A DNA stretch of 64,000 bases. Source: Chloroflexota bacterium (lineage in GTDB: Bacteria > Chloroflexota > Anaerolineae > CG2-30-64-16). Under the pieces are notes generated by a model. The model was not told the origin of the DNA, searched no databases, and was given only the letters and a program-made list of their open reading frames with translations. The DNA lies in assembly GCA_026389845.1 (NCBI GenBank), contig JAPLHB010000188.1, positions 51,026-115,025 of the forward strand, given 5' to 3'. The translations under genes were made by a program, and so were the position numbers. The stretch's first letter is position 1. The number at the start of each line of letters is the position of its first letter. Positions 9,601 through 18,952 of the stretch are shown here, piece after piece.

Positions 9601-9742
9601 AAGTGACCGTGTGGTGCGGGGCGGGTCGTGGTACCACAGTCAGTGGCTCGCCCGCCCGTCTGTGCGCCTCTGGGACTCTCCCGACTATTCGCTCGGTTAT
9701 ATCGGGTTCCGCCTGGTCTCCCCCATTAGTTCTGGTTTCTGA
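6632..9742 (+). CDS. TIR - NACHT NTPase - FGE-sulfatase (CLec-fold) protein, NLR-like
   Basis: YDVFISYSHAD TIR; GDPGAGKT Walker A; LLLDGLDEV Walker B; LATNPLLL; FFHLTFEEY; PVVGISWHEA, RLPTDAEW, DVAGNVWEW, RGGSW..GFR. Confidence 0.9.
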   Translation: MAQPQPEPTPTYDVFISYSHADQVWVGEWLVPRLKAAGLAVCTDQESFDIGVPSLVNMENAVAASRHTLLVLTEAWVRSQWTQYEALLVQTDDPSGLFQRTLPVLRRPCAPPRRIGMLTYADLTGQGDTEAEFAKLLDAIRGVRRLPDAGATATTLGLSYDLRGAAQAAEAAEVERDYRDQLVSDLTWHDFRGMYQFEQHIRLPLAEIYQELGLLKIGGAEEHRKTRERMLVLDEAERMAEVERRVQERVSGALARSQRLVILGDPGAGKTISLKFIALMLASRRGAERLALAAPYLPVMVRLAHFAQALAQEPALSLDNYLLQVIPKSYTTGLADFVRLALGRGACILLLDGLDEVGDNRTTGQSLRKAVVKRVQQFADRWCTDDRPNRLVVTSRIEGYWSDALANCDHVEISPLSPPDEVEQFLLRWYDAHERHRVPAPLPEVARARAAARVANLLPQLMDTPSVKRLATNPLLLTILVLISDKVPKLPQKRAKLYAICTKTLIESWRQEQTEQQSKLLSDLGEGGEEIVTRVIADLAFWLHEHYPGGAASLGECRDRLLAYLTDDEGYERPRAQVIADGLLSFASCEAGLLCERGLGQYGFFHLTFEEYLAGYHLTRTEPAQRHDILTAHWRDGRWREVILLAAGQLGVVDNRQYDAGGFLNDLRSMEPTGPDDAGRPAVLAGRALADIGASGVNPTTRRDVLRELRQTMQDRDLETDRLNEPPRIPVLTRYAAGEAWDELGGLPEDLDAWVYCAAGGVRGNVPGTCEVPGTWQALLAAKYPITNAQFERFIQADGYDKPGYWGGKDSPGWRWRMKPPDYRGAGPVTQPEYWQRPRFGKDRRGYPVVGISWHEAAAYAAWLTERLRIGDFGLRIVSPNGVNPQSVIRNPKCVVRLPTDAEWLWLAGGEKEGERERYPWDVPGSGRVTDFESEEGKKTILARANTAESGIGGTSPVAMYPLGESKPFGLWDVAGNVWEWNDLWHNQEQSDRVVRGGSWYHSQWLARPSVRLWDSPDYSLGYIGFRLVSPISSGF

Positions 9743-9783
9743 TTTCTGAATTGCTGGATTCTGTCGCTCAGATATGAGGCGCG

Positions 9784-10722
9784 ATGCATCGCTTTTTCGT
9801 TTCCCCCCCATCCCTCGACCACCAGCCTGTCACCCTCACCGGCGACCAGGCACACCAGGTGCGTCGCGTGCTCCGCATGCGGCTGGGCGACCGCGCGACC
9901 CTGCTCGACGGCCGTGGCGGGGCCTACGAGGGCATCTTGATCGCGGTGGGCGACGCGGACGTCAAGTTCCAGGTCGTGCGCCGGTGGGAGGCCGAGCGCG
10001 AGCCGCGGACGCACGTCACCCTCTACCAGGCCGTGCTCAAGGGCGAGCGGTTCGGCTGGGCGCTGCAAAAGGGCACCGAGGTCGGCGTCAGCGCGTTCGT
10101 GCCGATGATCTGCGAGCGCAACGTGGTGGATGACCTGGACGCAGTCGAGAGCAAGCGCGAGTGGTGGGAGCGTATCATCCAGGAAGCGGCCGAGCAGTGC
10201 GGACGCGGCCGGCTGCCGGAGCTGGGGGCTGCGCAGTTGTTTGGGCAGGCGGTGGCAAGCGCCCCCCCGGCCCCCCGAAATCGGGGGGAGACGGGTACCA
10301 CCCCAGATTGGGGGGCTGGGGGGGAGACGGGTACCCCCCCAGATTGGGGGGCTGGGGGGGAGTCGGATTCCCCCCCAGATTGGGGGGCTGGGGGGGAGAC
10401 GGGTACCCCCCCAGATTGGGGGGCTGGGGGGAAGTCGGATTCCCCCCAGGATTGGGGGGGCAGGGGGGCCGTTCGTCTCATCCCCTGGGAAGGTGAGCAC
10501 GTGACCACCCTGCGCGACGCGCTGGTGGGGTGTAACTTCGCCGCGGGCGCGCGCATCCAAGTGTATGTCGGGCCGGAGGGGGGCTTCACCGAGGCCGAGA
10601 TAGCCCAGGCCCGGCGCTACGGCGTGCAATCCGTCACCCTCGGCCCGCGCATCCTGCGGGCGGAGACCGCGGGGGTCATCGCTGCGGCGCTGATCTTGTA
10701 CGAAGCGGGGGAGATGAACTAG
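9784..10722 (+). CDS. rsmE: 16S rRNA m3U1498 methyltransferase with in-frame repeat insertion
   Basis: HQVRRVLRM, QKGTEVGV, EAAEQCGR, VGPEGGF, LGPRILRAETA. Confidence 0.93.
   Translation: MHRFFVSPPSLDHQPVTLTGDQAHQVRRVLRMRLGDRATLLDGRGGAYEGILIAVGDADVKFQVVRRWEAEREPRTHVTLYQAVLKGERFGWALQKGTEVGVSAFVPMICERNVVDDLDAVESKREWWERIIQEAAEQCGRGRLPELGAAQLFGQAVASAPPAPRNRGETGTTPDWGAGGETGTPPDWGAGGESDSPPDWGAGGETGTPPDWGAGGKSDSPQDWGGRGAVRLIPWEGEHVTTLRDALVGCNFAAGARIQVYVGPEGGFTEAEIAQARRYGVQSVTLGPRILRAETAGVIAAALILYEAGEMN
10261..10470. repeat. 36-bp tandem C/G-tract palindromic repeat inside rsmE (encodes ETGTPPDWGAGG-like units, about 5)
   Basis: repeated cccagattggggggctgggggggag. Confidence 0.9.
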
Positions 10723-10723
10723 C

Positions 10724-10939
10724 GCAATACCGCGAAACTCACTTTGTCACCCTGAGCGGCGCGCAAGCGGTTCCGTGAAGTGCGTTGCGGCGAGAATCCA
10801 GTGAAGAGCCTGCCCTGAGCGCAGTCGAAGGAGTCTCGTTGCGACACCGGATTCTTCGCTGGGTTCTCGCCGTCGCGAGAGGTCAGGGGCAAACCCGCTC
10901 AGAATGACAGATGCTCTAAAGCAAATTTTGCCCCATTGC
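10724..10939. mobile_element. MITE family A copy
   Basis: TIR gcaataccgcgaaact / aattttgccccattgc; flanks gaactagc / gaattagc; core tgtcaccctgagcg...cgctcagaatgaca. Confidence 0.75.
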
Positions 10940-10962
10940 GAATTAGCACAGGAGTGATTGGA

Positions 10963-11967
10963 ATGTTGGACAGCCTTAACCTCAACCTTAGCCTTGGCGG
11001 CGGAGCAGAACCGGCACTGGAGCAGGCTGCGGCGGAACCCCGACCGGCGATCGAGAACGTTATCATCATCGGCAGCGGCCCGGCGGGGTGGTCGGCGGCG
11101 CTCTACACCGGCCGCGCCAACCTGCGACCGCTGCTCATCACCGGCAACGAGCTGGGCGGCCAGATCGCACTGACCACCGAGGTCGAGAACTTCCCCGGCA
11201 TCGGGACGATTCAAGGCCCGGAGCTGGTGGAGAACATGCAGAAGCAGGCCGAGCGGTTCGGCGCCGAGGTGTTGATTGACTACGTGACCGAGCTGGACGT
11301 GAACGGGCCGCCCTTCACGGTGACGACGGCCGGCGGGCATCTCTTCCGCACGAACTCGGTGATCGTCGCTACCGGCGCATCGCCGCGGCGGCTGGCCGTG
11401 CCGGACGAGGAGCGGCTGACCGGGCGCGGGGTCAGCTATTGCGCCACCTGTGACGGCTTTTTCTTCCGCGGCAAGGAAGTCGTGGTGATCGGCGGCGGCG
11501 ACAGCGCGCTGCAAGAAGCGCTCTTCCTGACTAAGTTCGCCAGCCGGGTGCGGATCATCCATCGCCGCGACTCGCTGCGGGCCGGCGCCACCCTGGCGCG
11601 TCGCGCCAAAGAGAACCCGAAGATCGAGTTCATCTGGAACAGCGTGGTGACGGCGATCAGCGGTGAGAACAAGGTCGAGAAGCTCGCGGTCAAAAACGTC
11701 GTCACCGGCGAGGAAACGACCCTGCCCGTGGATGGCGTTTTCGTCTACGTCGGCCACCTGCCCAACAACCAGCTCTTCATGGATAAACTGGCGATGGACG
11801 ACCAGGGCTATCTGATCACCGACCGGCTGATGCGTACCAGTGTGCCGGGCATCTTTGCCGCGGGCGAGATCCAGGATCATCGCTTCAAGCAGGCCGCCAC
11901 CTCCGCAGGCCAGGGCGTGGCCGCGGCCATGGAGTGCGAGAAGTATCTGGCGGAAACCGAGGCATGA
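10963..11967 (+). CDS. trxB: thioredoxin-disulfide reductase
   Basis: [37 protein letters not shown]. Confidence 0.95.
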   Translation: MLDSLNLNLSLGGGAEPALEQAAAEPRPAIENVIIIGSGPAGWSAALYTGRANLRPLLITGNELGGQIALTTEVENFPGIGTIQGPELVENMQKQAERFGAEVLIDYVTELDVNGPPFTVTTAGGHLFRTNSVIVATGASPRRLAVPDEERLTGRGVSYCATCDGFFFRGKEVVVIGGGDSALQEALFLTKFASRVRIIHRRDSLRAGATLARRAKENPKIEFIWNSVVTAISGENKVEKLAVKNVVTGEETTLPVDGVFVYVGHLPNNQLFMDKLAMDDQGYLITDRLMRTSVPGIFAAGEIQDHRFKQAATSAGQGVAAAMECEKYLAETEA

Positions 11968-11984
11968 AGGACGAAGGCGGAAGG

Positions 11985-12782
11985 ATGAATCTATCGGTTG
12001 CCGATCTGGAAGCCTACATGCGTAAGGCGGCGGCTTTGACCCACGACGTGGTCGAGCGGCCGCCTTTTGTGCTTTTCTTCAACCCGCACGATGCGCTGCG
12101 CTTTTACAATTACGCAAAGCTCCTCGAACCGGTCGGCGACGCCCCTTCGACACACTCAGGGGAAGTTCTGTCGGACGCGTTGGCAGAGGTGCGCGCCGCG
12201 TTCGTGGCGCGTGATCGGCTGCCCCGCTTCGAGTTCATCGCCGAGTTTGCGCCCGACTTTGGCGCAGCGTTGGCCGCGGCCGGTTTTACGCTCGAAGACC
12301 GCACCGTGCTGCTGACCTGCACCCGCGAGACCTTCCGCCCGGCGCCCCTCATCCCCGGCCTGGAGATCATCACCCTGACCCCCGATTCGCCGGCCGAAGA
12401 CCTGCTGGCGCATACGGAGGTACAGCAGCGGGGGTTTGGCGACACGAGCGGCGAGCAGCCCACGCTGGCCGACGCGGAGCATTTCCGCCCCAAGCTCGAA
12501 CGGTACGCGGCGTTCCTGGCCCGGCTGGACGGCGTGCCGGTCGCTGCGGGGGACTTCACGGCGCCGCTGGATGGCTTCACGGAACTGGTGGGGATCGCGA
12601 CGTTGGAGGCGTATCGCCGGCGGGGCATCGCCTCGGCCCTGACCGCCCAGGCCGCACAGACCGCGTTCGAGCGCGGCGTCGAGGTGGCCTTCTTGACCGC
12701 GGCCGACGAGCGCGCGGGCCGGGTCTATGAACGCGTGGGTTTCCGGCCCTATGCAACCGCGCTGGCGTACTGCGCGGAGTAA
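11985..12782 (+). CDS. GNAT family N-acetyltransferase
   Basis: C-terminal IATLEAYRRRGIA ... VYERVGF. Confidence 0.8.
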   Translation: MNLSVADLEAYMRKAAALTHDVVERPPFVLFFNPHDALRFYNYAKLLEPVGDAPSTHSGEVLSDALAEVRAAFVARDRLPRFEFIAEFAPDFGAALAAAGFTLEDRTVLLTCTRETFRPAPLIPGLEIITLTPDSPAEDLLAHTEVQQRGFGDTSGEQPTLADAEHFRPKLERYAAFLARLDGVPVAAGDFTAPLDGFTELVGIATLEAYRRRGIASALTAQAAQTAFERGVEVAFLTAADERAGRVYERVGFRPYATALAYCAE

Positions 12783-12794
12783 GCGATGTCGCGT

Positions 12795-12849
12795 ACGTGC
12801 CAGGCACGTTTCGGAAGTGCCTGGCACGTTTCGGAAGTGCCTGGCACGT
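12795..12849. repeat. REP-like palindrome family C, tandem form, between convergent genes
   Basis: acgtgccaggcacgtttcggaagtgcctggcacgtttcggaagtgcctggcacgt. Confidence 0.8.
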
Positions 12850-12855
12850 TTCGCG

Positions 12856-13713
12856 TCACCAAAACATCGGTTTCATCTCTTGTCGCGCGACGAGCGCCTG
12901 CATCTCCTCGTCAGAGGGTCGCTGCTCGAACCGGCTGGCCGCGTCCAACACCTGCGGCAGCACGTGGATGTCGCCCACGGTGTTGAGGAAGACGCCCGGC
13001 CGACCCAAGACCCAATGCACCGCCAGGTCAACGTCGGCCTGTTCTTCGAGCGGCTCATACCAGGTGGCGCGCGTCTGCGGCCGGCCTTCCCAACGGCGCC
13101 GCGTCAACCCCTTGATCGTCTGCACCGCTACGTTCCGCGCCTGGCAGATCTTCACCACAGTCTCGAAGCCCGCGGCGTAGACAAGATTTTGCATCAGCAG
13201 ATAGTTGTAGGGCAAGAGGACCGAGTCGAAGTCGAAGCGGTGCAGGCTGAGTTGGTGCATGGCCGCAATCGAGATTTCGTGCCCGGTGACGCCGATGAAG
13301 CGCACCAATCCCTGCTCGCGCGCCTCGATCAACGCCTCCAGCGCGCCGCCTGGCCCCATCGCGGTCTTCCATTCCTCCGGGTCTATCAAGGCGTGCAGTT
13401 GGATCAGATCCACGCTGTCTACCTGGAGCCGTTCCAGGGAACGATGGAATTCCTCTTTGGCTTCCGCATAGGTCCGTTTGCCGGTCTTGGTCGCCAGGAA
13501 GAACTGCTTGCGATAGCGCGGCATCCACGGGCCGACACGTAACTCTGCCTCGCCGTAGCTGGCCGCGGTGTCAATGTGGTTGACGCCATACTCCAGCAGT
13601 AGATCGAGGGTGCGGTCGGCCTCAGCCTGGGTCACGCCCCCCAGGGCCGCTGCGCCGAAGAGCGTGCGCGTGCTCAGGTGGCCGGTGCGGCCGAAAAGAA
13701 GTTTGGGGATCAT
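12856..13713 (-). CDS. aldo/keto reductase
   Basis: [46 protein letters not shown]. Confidence 0.92.
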   Translation of the reverse strand: MIPKLLFGRTGHLSTRTLFGAAALGGVTQAEADRTLDLLLEYGVNHIDTAASYGEAELRVGPWMPRYRKQFFLATKTGKRTYAEAKEEFHRSLERLQVDSVDLIQLHALIDPEEWKTAMGPGGALEALIEAREQGLVRFIGVTGHEISIAAMHQLSLHRFDFDSVLLPYNYLLMQNLVYAAGFETVVKICQARNVAVQTIKGLTRRRWEGRPQTRATWYEPLEEQADVDLAVHWVLGRPGVFLNTVGDIHVLPQVLDAASRFEQRPSDEEMQALVARQEMKPMFW

Positions 13714-13802
13714 GTGATTCTCCTCTGTAGAACGGTCGGAAAATACGAACAAAGTCCAACGCACCGAATGATACCACAGACTGGCCGCAATACGCGCGCG
13801 AG

Positions 13803-13919
13803 AGCCTACGGTTGAAACCGTAGTCTGGCACAGACGAAACCCGTTGAAACGGGTTGCCGCCACGGCGCGGAGTGCGTTTCAACGCACTTGCCGTGCCAGA
13901 CGGTGATTTCAATCATCGG
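13803..13919. repeat. four-hairpin REP/BIME-like cluster with TTGAAA/TTTCAA loops (family D)
   Basis: ctacggttgaaaccgtag, aacccgttgaaacgggtt, agtgcgtttcaacgcact, ggtgatttcaatcatc; inverted copy at 31981-32099. Confidence 0.8.
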
Positions 13920-14045
13920 TCCGAATGGCTTTTGCTTTGTATAGGCACGTTCCTGCCCCCGTTTGACAGTTGCCCCTGTTTGCCGGATAATCTGCCCGGC
14001 CAACCGCGTTCGTCGGAAGGGCTGTTGAGCCGATCACGAGCAATC

Positions 14046-15797
14046 ATGAACCCAATCCGCCAAATCGCCAGATTCCTCCGACCCTATCGCAGGGAAGCGA
14101 TCATCGCCCCGCTGTTGATGGTCGTGGAAGTTGCCATAGACCTGATCTTGCCGTCCCTCATGGAGCGCATTATTGACGTGGGGATCGGCACGCGCAACCT
14201 GCCGGTGGTGCTGAACACCGGTTTGTTGATGCTCGGGCTGACCTTCGTCGGCGCGTTTGGGGGCATCGGCTGCACCGTTTTCGCGGTGCGCGCGGCCATG
14301 AACTACGGCGCCGACCTGCGCAGCGCGGTCTACCGCAAGATTCAGACGCTCTCCTTCGGCAACCTCGACCGGCTCGGCACCGGTCAACTGGTCACGCGGC
14401 TCACCAACGACGTCAACCAGGCGCAGGAGGTTGTCCTGATCGCGTTGCGCATCCTCGTGCGTGCGCCACTGCTCGTCGTGGGGAGCCTCATCATGGCGAT
14501 CCTCACCAGCCTCCGCCTGGCGCCCACCCTGGTGATCCTGGTTCCGTTCCTGACGGTCGTGCTGGTCGTTGTGATCCGGCGCTCCACGCCGCTCTTTCTT
14601 CGTGTCCAGGAGAGCCTCGACCGGCTGAACACCACGCTCCAGGAAAACCTGGCCGGGGTGCGGGTGGTCAAGGCGTTTGTGCGCGGCCAGCACGAGGAGG
14701 CACGTTTCGGCGCTGCCAACGATGCGCTGATGGCAAACTCGATCCGGGCCATGCAGTTCAGCGCGATCGTCGGCCCCTTTATGATGCTGGCGCTGAATTT
14801 CGGCGTCGCTGGCGCGCTCTGGTTCGGTGGCGTTCAGGTGACGCAGGGGACGATGACCGTCGGCGAGATCGTCGCGTTCACCAACTACCTCCGCCAGACG
14901 CTCTTCTCCCTGCAGATGGTCAGCATGTTGCTCATCCAGGTCTCTCGCGCGGGCGCTTCGGCCACGCGCCTGGCCGAGGTGTTGAACGCCGCGCCAGACG
15001 TCCAGGATCGGCCCGGCGCCCAGGCGGCGTTTCCGGCGGGTGGCCGTGTCGCCTTCGAGCACGTGACCTTCGCGTATGACGGCGGCGATCCTGTGCTGCA
15101 GGACATCAGCTTCGTGGCCGAGCCGGGGCAGACGGTCGCCATCCTGGGCGCGACGGGGTCGGGCAAGTCCTCCCTGGTCAGCCTGATTCCGCGCTTCTAC
15201 GACGTGAAAGCCGGCCGAGTGACCATCGGCGGCGTGGACGTGCGCGACATCCCCCAGGCCGAGCTGCGCAGCCACATCGGCGTGGCCTTGCAAGACACCA
15301 TCCTCTTCTCCGGCAGTATCGCCGAAAACATCCGCCAGGGCCGCCCTGCGGCCGATGATGTCGCCCTGGCCGCGGCCGCGCAGGCCGCGCAGGCCGACGA
15401 TTTTATCACGGCGTTGCCCGAAGGCTACGGCGGCGAGTTGGGGCAGCGGGGGGTCAATCTCTCCGGCGGTCAAAAGCAGCGGATTGCCATCGCCCGTGCC
15501 CTGATCCGGCAGCCCGACATCCTGATCCTGGATGACAGCACGAGTGCAGTGGATGTCCAAACAGAGGCCAGGCTCCAGGCCGCGCTGGACCGGTTGATGG
15601 CCGGGCGGACCAGCTTTGTGGTGGCCCAACGCATCAGCACCGTGCTCCAGGCCGATAAGATTCTGGTCCTCGACGAGGGCCGGATCGCCGCGGAGGGCAC
15701 GCACCAGGAGTTGATCGTTACCAGTCCGATCTACCGCGAGATTTTTGAGTCGCAATTGGGCAACGGGGCGCTGGCAGCCGCGGGAGGTGTCTCATGA
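14046..15797 (+). CDS. ABC exporter ATP-binding/permease subunit (heterodimer A)
   Basis: TM domain plus GATGSGKS, LSGGQKQR, ILDDSTSAVD (degenerate site). Confidence 0.93.
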   Translation: MNPIRQIARFLRPYRREAIIAPLLMVVEVAIDLILPSLMERIIDVGIGTRNLPVVLNTGLLMLGLTFVGAFGGIGCTVFAVRAAMNYGADLRSAVYRKIQTLSFGNLDRLGTGQLVTRLTNDVNQAQEVVLIALRILVRAPLLVVGSLIMAILTSLRLAPTLVILVPFLTVVLVVVIRRSTPLFLRVQESLDRLNTTLQENLAGVRVVKAFVRGQHEEARFGAANDALMANSIRAMQFSAIVGPFMMLALNFGVAGALWFGGVQVTQGTMTVGEIVAFTNYLRQTLFSLQMVSMLLIQVSRAGASATRLAEVLNAAPDVQDRPGAQAAFPAGGRVAFEHVTFAYDGGDPVLQDISFVAEPGQTVAILGATGSGKSSLVSLIPRFYDVKAGRVTIGGVDVRDIPQAELRSHIGVALQDTILFSGSIAENIRQGRPAADDVALAAAAQAAQADDFITALPEGYGGELGQRGVNLSGGQKQRIAIARALIRQPDILILDDSTSAVDVQTEARLQAALDRLMAGRTSFVVAQRISTVLQADKILVLDEGRIAAEGTHQELIVTSPIYREIFESQLGNGALAAAGGVS

Positions 15798-17650
15798 CGC
15801 CGAATAACGCGCCCCGGCCGCAGGTGCAACCTATCTTCGGCATCGGCCCGCGCGGGCCGATGGGGCCGGGCGGCGGGTTCGGCCAGACGGCGCGCGCCAA
15901 AGACGCGCAGGGCACGCTCCACCGGCTGTGGGGCTATCTGCGACGCCAGCGGTGGCTGTTGGTGGCCGTCGTCATCCTGGTTCTGCTCACGACCGGCCTG
16001 AGCTTGCTCGGCCCCTACCTGATGGGGCTTGCCATTGACCGCTTCATCCTGGCCCATGATCTGCCCGGGCTGGCGCGGCTGATCGTGTTGATGCTCGTTT
16101 CCTACGCTGCGTTGTCGCTCACCTCGTGGCTCCAGACGATCCTGATGATTCGCGCAGCGCAGGGCACGGTGCGCGATCTGCGCCGCGATCTCTTCGCCAA
16201 GCTGCAAACGTTATCACTGCGTTTCTTCGACGGGCATACGCACGGTGAGCTGATGAGCCGGCTGACCAACGATGTCGAGAACGTCAATACGGTGCTGACC
16301 AACAGCGTGACGAGCTTCATCTCCTCCATCTTCACGCTGGTGGGCGTCATCATCGTGATGTTGGCCGTCAACGTCCCGCTGGCGCTGGTCAGCCTCATCG
16401 TCGTGCCGCTGATGGCATATCTGACGCGCTATATCGCCCGTAACAGCCGGCAGGGCTTCCGCGATCAACAGGCGGCCTTGGGCGTGCTGAACGGACTGGT
16501 CGAGGAGAGCATCACCGGTGGCAAGGCCGTTCACGCCTACGGCCGCGAGGAGGCGGTGATCGAGGAGTTCGATCAGGCAAACCGCCGGTTGCGGGCGGCT
16601 GCGATCCGTGCGCAGACCTATTCCGGTCTGATGGGCCCGGGCGGCAACATGGTCAACAACATCGGCTTCGCTGCCATGGCGACCGCGGGGGCCTGGATGG
16701 CCGTGCGGGGACTGGCGACCATCGGCACCGTTGCCAGCTTCCTGAACTACGCCCAGCAGCTCCGCCGGCCCATCAGCGACCTTGCCAGCCTCTTCAACAC
16801 CATCCAGGCGGCGTTGGCCGGCGCCGAGCGGGTCTTCGACATTCTTGACGAACACCCGGAGATCGAAGATGCGCCGGAAGCCCTGCCGCTGACGGCCATC
16901 GCCGGCAAGGTGGTCTTCGACGCGGTGGACTTCGGCTACAAGTCAGGCGTGCCCGTGCTCCGTCACGTCAGCTTGACCGCCGAGCCTGGGCAGACCATCG
17001 CGCTGGTGGGGCCGACCGGCGCGGGCAAGACGACCATCATTAACCTGCTGTCGCGCTTCTACGACGTGGATGCCGGCGCCATTCGGATTGACGACCAGGA
17101 CATCCGCGGCGTTCGCAAGGCCGATCTGCGCCGGCAGTTGGGCGTGGTGCTGCAAGACACCTTCCTCTTCTCAGAAAGCGTCAAGGAAAACATCCGTTAC
17201 GGCCGGCTGGACGCGACCGACGACGAGGTGATCGCTGCCGCACGCCTGGCGAACGCCGACCACTTCATCCACCGGCTGCCCCACAGCTACGATACGCTCC
17301 TATCGGAGCGCGCCGGCAACCTGAGCCAGGGCCAGCGGCAGTTGTTGGCGATCGCGTGCGCCATCCTGGCCGATCCCCGCATCCTCGTCCTGGACGAAGC
17401 AACCAGCAGCGTTGACACCCGCACCGAGGCACAGATCCAGGAAGCGCTGCTGCGTCTGATGGAGGGGCGGACGAGCTTCGTGGTGGCCCACCGCCTGAGC
17501 ACGATCCGCGAGGCCGACAAGATCCTCGTCATCCGCAATGGTGAGATCGTGGAGCAAGGCAGCCACAAGGCCCTGCTGGCGCAGGAGGGATTCTACTACG
17601 AGTTGTACATGAGCCAATTCAAAGGCGTGATGATCCCTGGATCGAGGTGA
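15794..17650 (+). CDS. ABC exporter ATP-binding/permease subunit (heterodimer B)
   Basis: GPTGAGKT, LSQGQRQ, LDEATSSVD, AHRLST; 4-nt overlap with partner. Confidence 0.93.
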   Translation: MTPNNAPRPQVQPIFGIGPRGPMGPGGGFGQTARAKDAQGTLHRLWGYLRRQRWLLVAVVILVLLTTGLSLLGPYLMGLAIDRFILAHDLPGLARLIVLMLVSYAALSLTSWLQTILMIRAAQGTVRDLRRDLFAKLQTLSLRFFDGHTHGELMSRLTNDVENVNTVLTNSVTSFISSIFTLVGVIIVMLAVNVPLALVSLIVVPLMAYLTRYIARNSRQGFRDQQAALGVLNGLVEESITGGKAVHAYGREEAVIEEFDQANRRLRAAAIRAQTYSGLMGPGGNMVNNIGFAAMATAGAWMAVRGLATIGTVASFLNYAQQLRRPISDLASLFNTIQAALAGAERVFDILDEHPEIEDAPEALPLTAIAGKVVFDAVDFGYKSGVPVLRHVSLTAEPGQTIALVGPTGAGKTTIINLLSRFYDVDAGAIRIDDQDIRGVRKADLRRQLGVVLQDTFLFSESVKENIRYGRLDATDDEVIAAARLANADHFIHRLPHSYDTLLSERAGNLSQGQRQLLAIACAILADPRILVLDEATSSVDTRTEAQIQEALLRLMEGRTSFVVAHRLSTIREADKILVIRNGEIVEQGSHKALLAQEGFYYELYMSQFKGVMIPGSR

Positions 17651-17677
17651 ACCCATGCCCAAAGAATACCACAACAA

Positions 17678-17819
17678 GTAACTGTTCACCGTTACTCCGC
17701 GAACGCCGTAGCATAGGGCCTTGTGCCCGTTCCGCGCCCCTTTACAGCCGTTTTGACGCCCGCGGAGCGCCCACAAGGGGCTATGCTACAAATCCGTTAC
17801 CCCAACGGTGAACAGTTCC
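17678..17819. mobile_element. MITE family F copy (TIR GTAACTGTTCACCGTT) with internal palindrome
   Basis: gtaactgttcaccgtt ... aacggtgaacagtt; caacaa on both flanks; internal gtagcatag...ctatgctac. Confidence 0.6.
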
Positions 17820-17865
17820 AACAAGCGCCGGTTGGCTTTTTGCGCCCCTCTGATGTAGAATCACC

Positions 17866-17900
17866 CTGCAATTTGCAATCCGCAATTTGCAATCTGCAAT
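17866..17900. repeat. heptamer tandem (tgcaatt/tgcaatc) x5
   Basis: ctgcaatttgcaatccgcaatttgcaatctgcaat. Confidence 0.7.
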
Positions 17901-17914
17901 GACGTGAGGTCATC

Positions 17915-18952
17915 ATGCGCGCTGTCGTCTTCTACCAACATGGTGGGCCGGATGTGTTGCAGTATCGCGAGGACATCGTCGCCCCGCAGCCTGGCCCCGG
18001 CGAAGCGCTGGTCGCCGTCCGCTACGCGGCCCTTAACCGGCTGGACAATTTCGTCCGCATCGGTTGGAAGGGACTGGATCTGGCGATGCCGCACGTGCTC
18101 GGCTCCGACTTCAGCGGCGCGATCGCCGCGCTGGGCGATGGGGTGAGCGGTTGGCAGGTGGGGCAACGCGTCGTCGCCAACCCGACTCTTTGGTGCGGCG
18201 CGTGTCCTTCGTGCGTGGCGGGCTGGCACAACCGGTGCGACCGCTTCGCGATCCTCGGCGAGCACGTGCGCGGCGCCTATGCCGAATTCGTGGTGGTCCC
18301 GGCCCGCAACCTGGTCGCCATCCCCGCCGGCTATGCCGACGATCAGGCCGCGGCCGCCCCGCTGGTGAGCGTTACCGCCTGGCACATGCTGATCACGGCC
18401 GGGCGCCTGCGGGCTGGCGAGACGGTGCTGGTGGTGGGCGCGGGCGGCGGGGTGAACAGCGTCGCCATCCAGATCGCCAGGCTGGCCGGCGCGACCGTCT
18501 TCGTGATCGCGGCCAACGCGGAGAAGGCCGCCAAAGCCCGCGCGTTGGGCGCGGATTGGGCCGTGGATCGCGCGGCCGAGCCGAACTGGAGTAAGGCAGT
18601 CTATGCCGCGACGGGCAAACGCGGGGTGGACGTGGTGGTAGACAACGTAGGCGCGGCGACCTGGAGCAGCAGCCTGCGCTGCCTGGTGAAGGGCGGCCGG
18701 CTGTTGACCGTCGGCGGGACGGCCGGTTACGAGGCGAGCACACCGGTCAACCTGCTCTTTGGCAAGCATCTGAGCATCATCGGCAGCACCATGGGCACCC
18801 AGGCCGACTTCGAGGCGGTCATGGCGCAGGTATGGGCCGGCAAGCTCAAGCCGGTGGTGGACTCCGTCTTCCCCCTGGCCGAATACCCATCCGCGCTGGC
18901 GCGGATGTTGAACGGGGAAGGGTTCGGGAAGATCCTGGTGAAAGTGGCGTGA
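17915..18952 (+). CDS. zinc-binding dehydrogenase / quinone oxidoreductase (MDR family)
   Basis: HGGPDVL, PHVLGSD, CGACPSC..G..N.C structural Zn site, GAGGGV. Confidence 0.9.
   Translation: MRAVVFYQHGGPDVLQYREDIVAPQPGPGEALVAVRYAALNRLDNFVRIGWKGLDLAMPHVLGSDFSGAIAALGDGVSGWQVGQRVVANPTLWCGACPSCVAGWHNRCDRFAILGEHVRGAYAEFVVVPARNLVAIPAGYADDQAAAAPLVSVTAWHMLITAGRLRAGETVLVVGAGGGVNSVAIQIARLAGATVFVIAANAEKAAKARALGADWAVDRAAEPNWSKAVYAATGKRGVDVVVDNVGAATWSSSLRCLVKGGRLLTVGGTAGYEASTPVNLLFGKHLSIIGSTMGTQADFEAVMAQVWAGKLKPVVDSVFPLAEYPSALARMLNGEGFGKILVKVA

Noticed and set aside
9600-9765. Complete DGR in this window
   Set aside because: No reverse transcriptase, Avd or template repeat found; only the target-like region is present.
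10261-10470. 36-bp repeats as a CRISPR array
   Set aside because: Units are contiguous without spacers and lie in frame inside rsmE.
13803-13919. CRISPR array suggested by GTTGAAAC/GTTTCAAC motifs (also 31981-32099)
   Set aside because: Motifs are hairpin loops in both orientations with differing stems; there are no constant direct repeats with unique spacers and no cas genes.
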